IMG/VR virus record: IMGVR_UViG_3300029305_007758
Source: a virus
Taxonomy: Duplodnaviria > Heunggongvirae > Uroviricota > Caudoviricetes
Direction: 5' to 3' (one strand)
DNA length: 19,361 bases
Position 1 is the stretch's first letter, and each line of letters opens with the position of its first letter. Below are positions 16,346-19,361 of the stretch, piece after piece. The notes beneath the pieces are model-generated. The model worked only from the letters and a program-made list of their open reading frames with translations, had not been told where the DNA came from and ran no database searches. The translations under genes were made by a program, and so were the position numbers.

Positions 16346-16540
16346 ATGGGAAGAGCAGTATTAGTGATTGATACAATGCCTACAAGATGCGCTGATTGTC
16401 CTTTGCGTAATTCGGCAACAGGTGAACCAATATGTCATGTAATATTGAAAGAAATAAACGAAAATGAATATTACAAAGAAAAACCTAATTGGTGCCCGTT
16501 AAAATCTATACCCGAGAAAATCGACGAGATTATTAAGTAA
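16346..16540 (+). CDS. Small Cys-containing phage-type protein
   Basis: GAGGTG RBS; MPTRCADCPL...PNWCPL. Confidence 0.75.
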   Translation: MGRAVLVIDTMPTRCADCPLRNSATGEPICHVILKEINENEYYKEKPNWCPLKSIPEKIDEIIK

Positions 16541-16545
16541 AATGT

Positions 16546-16576
16546 AAAGATGCTGCAAGTTTGTGGCATCTTTTTT
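16546..16576 (+). terminator. Intrinsic terminator
   Basis: AAAGATGCTGC / GTGGCATCTTTTTT. Confidence 0.8.
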
Positions 16577-16592
16577 CTTTTATAATTCTTGT

Positions 16593-16602
16593 ACCATATT
16601 TA
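16593..16602 (+). promoter_or_regulatory. Class B motif ACCATATTTA
   Basis: Exact copy upstream of radical SAM gene. Confidence 0.7.
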
Positions 16603-16643
16603 TTACGTAAACATAACATCTTAGATAAAAGGAGAAAGAAATT

Positions 16644-17606
16644 ATGAGACAGATTACAACAACACGCACCGGCAAAATTGTTACAGATACAGACCTTGGT
16701 CTGGAATACTTGTATGTAGGTGACTATGGCAAAGAAAACAACATCAAAGCATCATTTCTTGGATATGACAAAAGAATTGATAAGGTGGAACATCGAGACG
16801 TAGATATTACGGACAAATTAGTCGTAACAGTATCATCTCAGAAAGGATGTCCGATGAAATGTAACTTCTGTGACTGTCCAAAATTAGGATTCAAAGGGAA
16901 TGCATCAGTACCGGAATTGATGACAGAAATTATGTCCGGAATCGCTTTGTCCGGCATCAAACATGGAAAACGTTTAAATGTACATTTTGCAAGAATGGGT
17001 GAACCGACATTTAATCGTAATGTAATTACAGCTGCAAATCTTGTTGCATTAAGTGTAAATGGGTACGGAGATGTCACATTTGATGAATATCATCCGGTTG
17101 TTTCAACAATGATGCCAAAGAGTAATAAGAATTTACGTATTTTCTTATCTGATTGGGTAAAATCTGGTTTCGTTCATGGTGGTGACGATGGATATGGATT
17201 ACAGTTTTCCATTAACACATTAGACGAGGAGCAGCGAAATACCATGTTCCGTGGTATGTCGTTATCATTGCAGGAAATTGGAGCAATCATTGATGAGCTT
17301 CCAATGCCTAAGAAACGTAAATACACATTGAATTTTGCTGTAACATCTGAAAGTAATTTGGATGTAGAATTGATGAATAAATACTTTGATAAAAACAAAT
17401 GTATTGTAAAAATCACACCAATTCATGAAACAGTAGAAGCTGTATCAGAAGGATATGAAATCGTAACAGATTTTGATGTGTATGAAAAGTTTGAACAGCC
17501 ACTTGTAGACGATGGCTGGGATGTAATCGTATTTATTCCGTCAAAAGAAGAAGACGAAGACAGAATCACCTGTGGCAATGCATTGATTGCATTAAATAAT
17601 ATGTAA
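16644..17606 (+). CDS. RlmN/Cfr-like radical SAM protein
   Basis: VSSQKGCPMKCNFC (CX3CX2C), ARMGEP, LQFSIN, C-terminal TCGNA equivalent to ACGQL. Confidence 0.85.
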   Translation: MRQITTTRTGKIVTDTDLGLEYLYVGDYGKENNIKASFLGYDKRIDKVEHRDVDITDKLVVTVSSQKGCPMKCNFCDCPKLGFKGNASVPELMTEIMSGIALSGIKHGKRLNVHFARMGEPTFNRNVITAANLVALSVNGYGDVTFDEYHPVVSTMMPKSNKNLRIFLSDWVKSGFVHGGDDGYGLQFSINTLDEEQRNTMFRGMSLSLQEIGAIIDELPMPKKRKYTLNFAVTSESNLDVELMNKYFDKNKCIVKITPIHETVEAVSEGYEIVTDFDVYEKFEQPLVDDGWDVIVFIPSKEEDEDRITCGNALIALNNM

Positions 17607-17613
17607 ATAATAG

Positions 17614-17648
17614 AAAAAAGCTACCGGAAATTTTCAGGTAGCTTTTTT
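17614..17648. terminator. Bidirectional intrinsic terminator between convergent genes
   Basis: AAAAAAGCTACC / GGTAGCTTTTTT. Confidence 0.85.
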
Positions 17649-17650
17649 AA

Positions 17651-18523
17651 TTATGCAATTTTTGCGGTATTGCGAACTTCCGCAATTATTTGGTTACAAA
17701 TATATCTTGCACCACCTTCAGTCATGGCTAACTCATTTCCGATTTCAGACCATTGTTTGTTGCCAAAGAAACGCTGCTGCAAAATCTTTCTTGATTTCTC
17801 ATCCAATGCATTTACTGCATCAATAACATCGTCAATTTCAGCTCTGGTACAAAACATATCTAATACATCAGAAGTTATCAATTTGTTTTCATCTAACGTT
17901 TCAGAAGTATAACCAAATCCATGACGAATCTTTGGTAACATAGTTTTTACTGTTGCACCAAATTGTTTTTTAAAAACTTCATGTTGTTCTTCTGACAACA
18001 TATTGATAATTTCTTCATCTGTATGATCCGCAATTTCGATACTAAAATCTGATGACAGATTTTTCCTGAGCCAAGAATATGCTTTGATAATTCTTTTTCC
18101 ACCAAGTTCTAAGTTCGGATAGTAGCAAAGTGCATGGCTTAAGAAAATATCTATGTACCAACTTTTTAATGCAGAATACAAATAGTTTCGTATCATTTTA
18201 CGGAACACTGCATCTTTACATTTGATATCTTCAAAGATGTTACAAACAAATGCGTCTATCAACCATTTACGAATTTCCATATACAATTCTGCAAAAGCAA
18301 CTTCACGTGTCAATGATTCGTAAACACGCTCAAAGGCACCCATTCCATAAGCATAATGAAATGAATCTAAGAAACGATCCAGTGTTTCAGTCATAAATGC
18401 TGAATCCATGATTTTGTTTAATGCTTCATTAAATTCACGTCCTTTATTTTCGTTATCACGTTCGCTTTCTACAACCATCCATGCTTCGTACAACGAAGGT
18501 TTTTTGTTAAATCTTTGTTTCAT
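17651..18523 (-). CDS. Sigma-factor-like protein (sigma70 region 4 HTH at C-terminus)
   Basis: 'AVNALDEKSRKILQQRFFGNKQWSEIGNELAMTEGGARYICNQII' is a region-4 pattern; AAAGGAG RBS supports start at 18523 (MKQRF); regions 2-3 not recognisable. Confidence 0.7.
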   Translation of the reverse strand: MKQRFNKKPSLYEAWMVVESERDNENKGREFNEALNKIMDSAFMTETLDRFLDSFHYAYGMGAFERVYESLTREVAFAELYMEIRKWLIDAFVCNIFEDIKCKDAVFRKMIRNYLYSALKSWYIDIFLSHALCYYPNLELGGKRIIKAYSWLRKNLSSDFSIEIADHTDEEIINMLSEEQHEVFKKQFGATVKTMLPKIRHGFGYTSETLDENKLITSDVLDMFCTRAEIDDVIDAVNALDEKSRKILQQRFFGNKQWSEIGNELAMTEGGARYICNQIIAEVRNTAKIA

Positions 18524-18570
18524 AAATAATCTCCTTTTCATATTCAATTGTTTTTTTATTTGATACGAAT

Positions 18571-18580
18571 TAAATATGGT
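18571..18580 (-). promoter_or_regulatory. Class B motif ACCATATTTA on minus strand
   Basis: TAAATATGGT on plus strand; oriented towards the sigma-like gene. Confidence 0.7.
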
Positions 18581-18708
18581 ATATGCATGATGTCCAAAAT
18601 GAGGATGGATTCTTTTGTTTTGTATTGAATAATTTCTTCACATGCTTTTGTAAAAATTACTACGTTTTCACACAAAATAAACTTTATAATTATAAATAAA
18701 TCAAAAGT

Positions 18709-18737
18709 AAAGATGCTACGGTTTATAGCATCTTTTT
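18709..18737 (+). terminator. Intrinsic terminator
   Basis: AAAGATGCTA / TAGCATCTTTTT. Confidence 0.75.
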
Positions 18738-18772
18738 CTTCGTTTAAGATGTTTTTGAACCTAATATATGTA
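18738..18772 (+). promoter_or_regulatory. Class A motif CTTCGTT-N12-GAACCTAATATAT
   Basis: Same spacing; upstream of gene at 18794. Confidence 0.75.
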
Positions 18773-18793
18773 TTAACCAAGTGAGGTGATTAC

Positions 18794-19276
18794 ATGTATT
18801 TTATTAATCATTTAAATAAGAACGAATGGTGGAAATTAGATAAGGAAAAAATGATGGTTTTTAACTTTAACGGCGGTCACCATAATATTACGGAACCAGA
18901 ATTGAATTCTTCTGAAATATTTGAATGTAACGGATGGCACGAATTATATGAAGCGAAAAGATACTGCCCGTTAGAAGTAGGTATCAGATGGAGTGATGTG
19001 TGGCTGTCACCGGATGGAATGTTTTGTACCGGAGATGCACATGAAAACAGGGCAGAAGAGATTCTTGAAATTATGTATGGAGAAGTTGATGTTGCTTGGC
19101 CTGGTGATAGATTAGAAGAATTAGGTTGGATTAGAGCAACAACAAGTTTGATGTGGGAAGTAAGACTTGATTCAGATTATTGGAACGATAGAAGACTTAC
19201 TCAAAAACAATATGATGCATTATGGGATTGGTGTAAATGCCACAATAAGAAGTCCCCTAATTGTAGTGTGAAATAA
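18794..19276 (+). CDS. Hypothetical protein with WLSPDG...H...LExxGW domain
   Basis: GAGGTG RBS; domain shared with 5462-6031. Confidence 0.8.
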   Translation: MYFINHLNKNEWWKLDKEKMMVFNFNGGHHNITEPELNSSEIFECNGWHELYEAKRYCPLEVGIRWSDVWLSPDGMFCTGDAHENRAEEILEIMYGEVDVAWPGDRLEELGWIRATTSLMWEVRLDSDYWNDRRLTQKQYDALWDWCKCHNKKSPNCSVK

Positions 19277-19302
19277 GAAGTTACGATTCAGGAGATAAGA
19301 AT

Positions 19303-19361
19303 ATGTCAGAAAAAATTGTAAGAATCAATAATATGGAAAACTACACATCAGTTAATAAGAA
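19303..19361 (+). CDS. Partial ORF (MSEKIVRINN...), runs off window
   Basis: AGGAG RBS, open to edge. Confidence 0.6.
   Translation, partial: MSEKIVRINNMENYTSVNK

Noticed and set aside
647-17416. Numerous minus-strand ORFs in the track (e.g. 647-1045, 3895-4245, 7715-8146, 9681-9959, 16838-17077)
   Set aside because: Antisense shadows of well-supported plus-strand genes; no RBS or motifs
18556-18780. 74-aa minus-strand ORF upstream of the sigma-like gene
   Set aside because: Spans promoter motifs and a terminator, low-complexity, no RBS
1-19361. Stop-codon reassignment (TAG/TGA recoding seen in some gut phages)
   Set aside because: Genes are intact and tightly packed under code 11; TAA, TAG and TGA all end genes directly before the next RBS

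Overview
AT-rich, gene-dense window of about 40 mostly short, co-oriented (+) ORFs with Firmicutes-style RBSs (AGGAG/GAGG) and no host core operon context. It is most consistent with the accessory/host-takeover region of a large lytic phage of a Clostridia/Lachnospiraceae-like host; the host is an inference and a large plasmid cannot be excluded. Recognisable products: RecU-like resolvase, DUF488-like protein, Cys-dependent phosphatase, Pth2 peptidyl-tRNA hydrolase, PPP metallophosphoesterase, a full-length but diverged ribosomal protein bL9, a GNAT-like protein, an apparently truncated Pol-beta-type nucleotidyltransferase, a protein with PolA-like palm motifs, an RlmN-like radical SAM enzyme and a sigma-factor-like protein. 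The intergenic DNA has a clear grammar. Intrinsic terminators abut two non-host promoter-like motifs: class A, CTWCGTT-N12-RAWCCTWAT (5 copies, invariant spacer), and class B, ACCATATTTA (7 exact copies, one in front of the sigma-like gene). There is also one consensus host sigmaA promoter and two related palindromic elements, one being a 138-bp multi-hairpin insert flanked by a 9-bp direct repeat. All protein-family calls come from motif recognition by eye; no searches were run.
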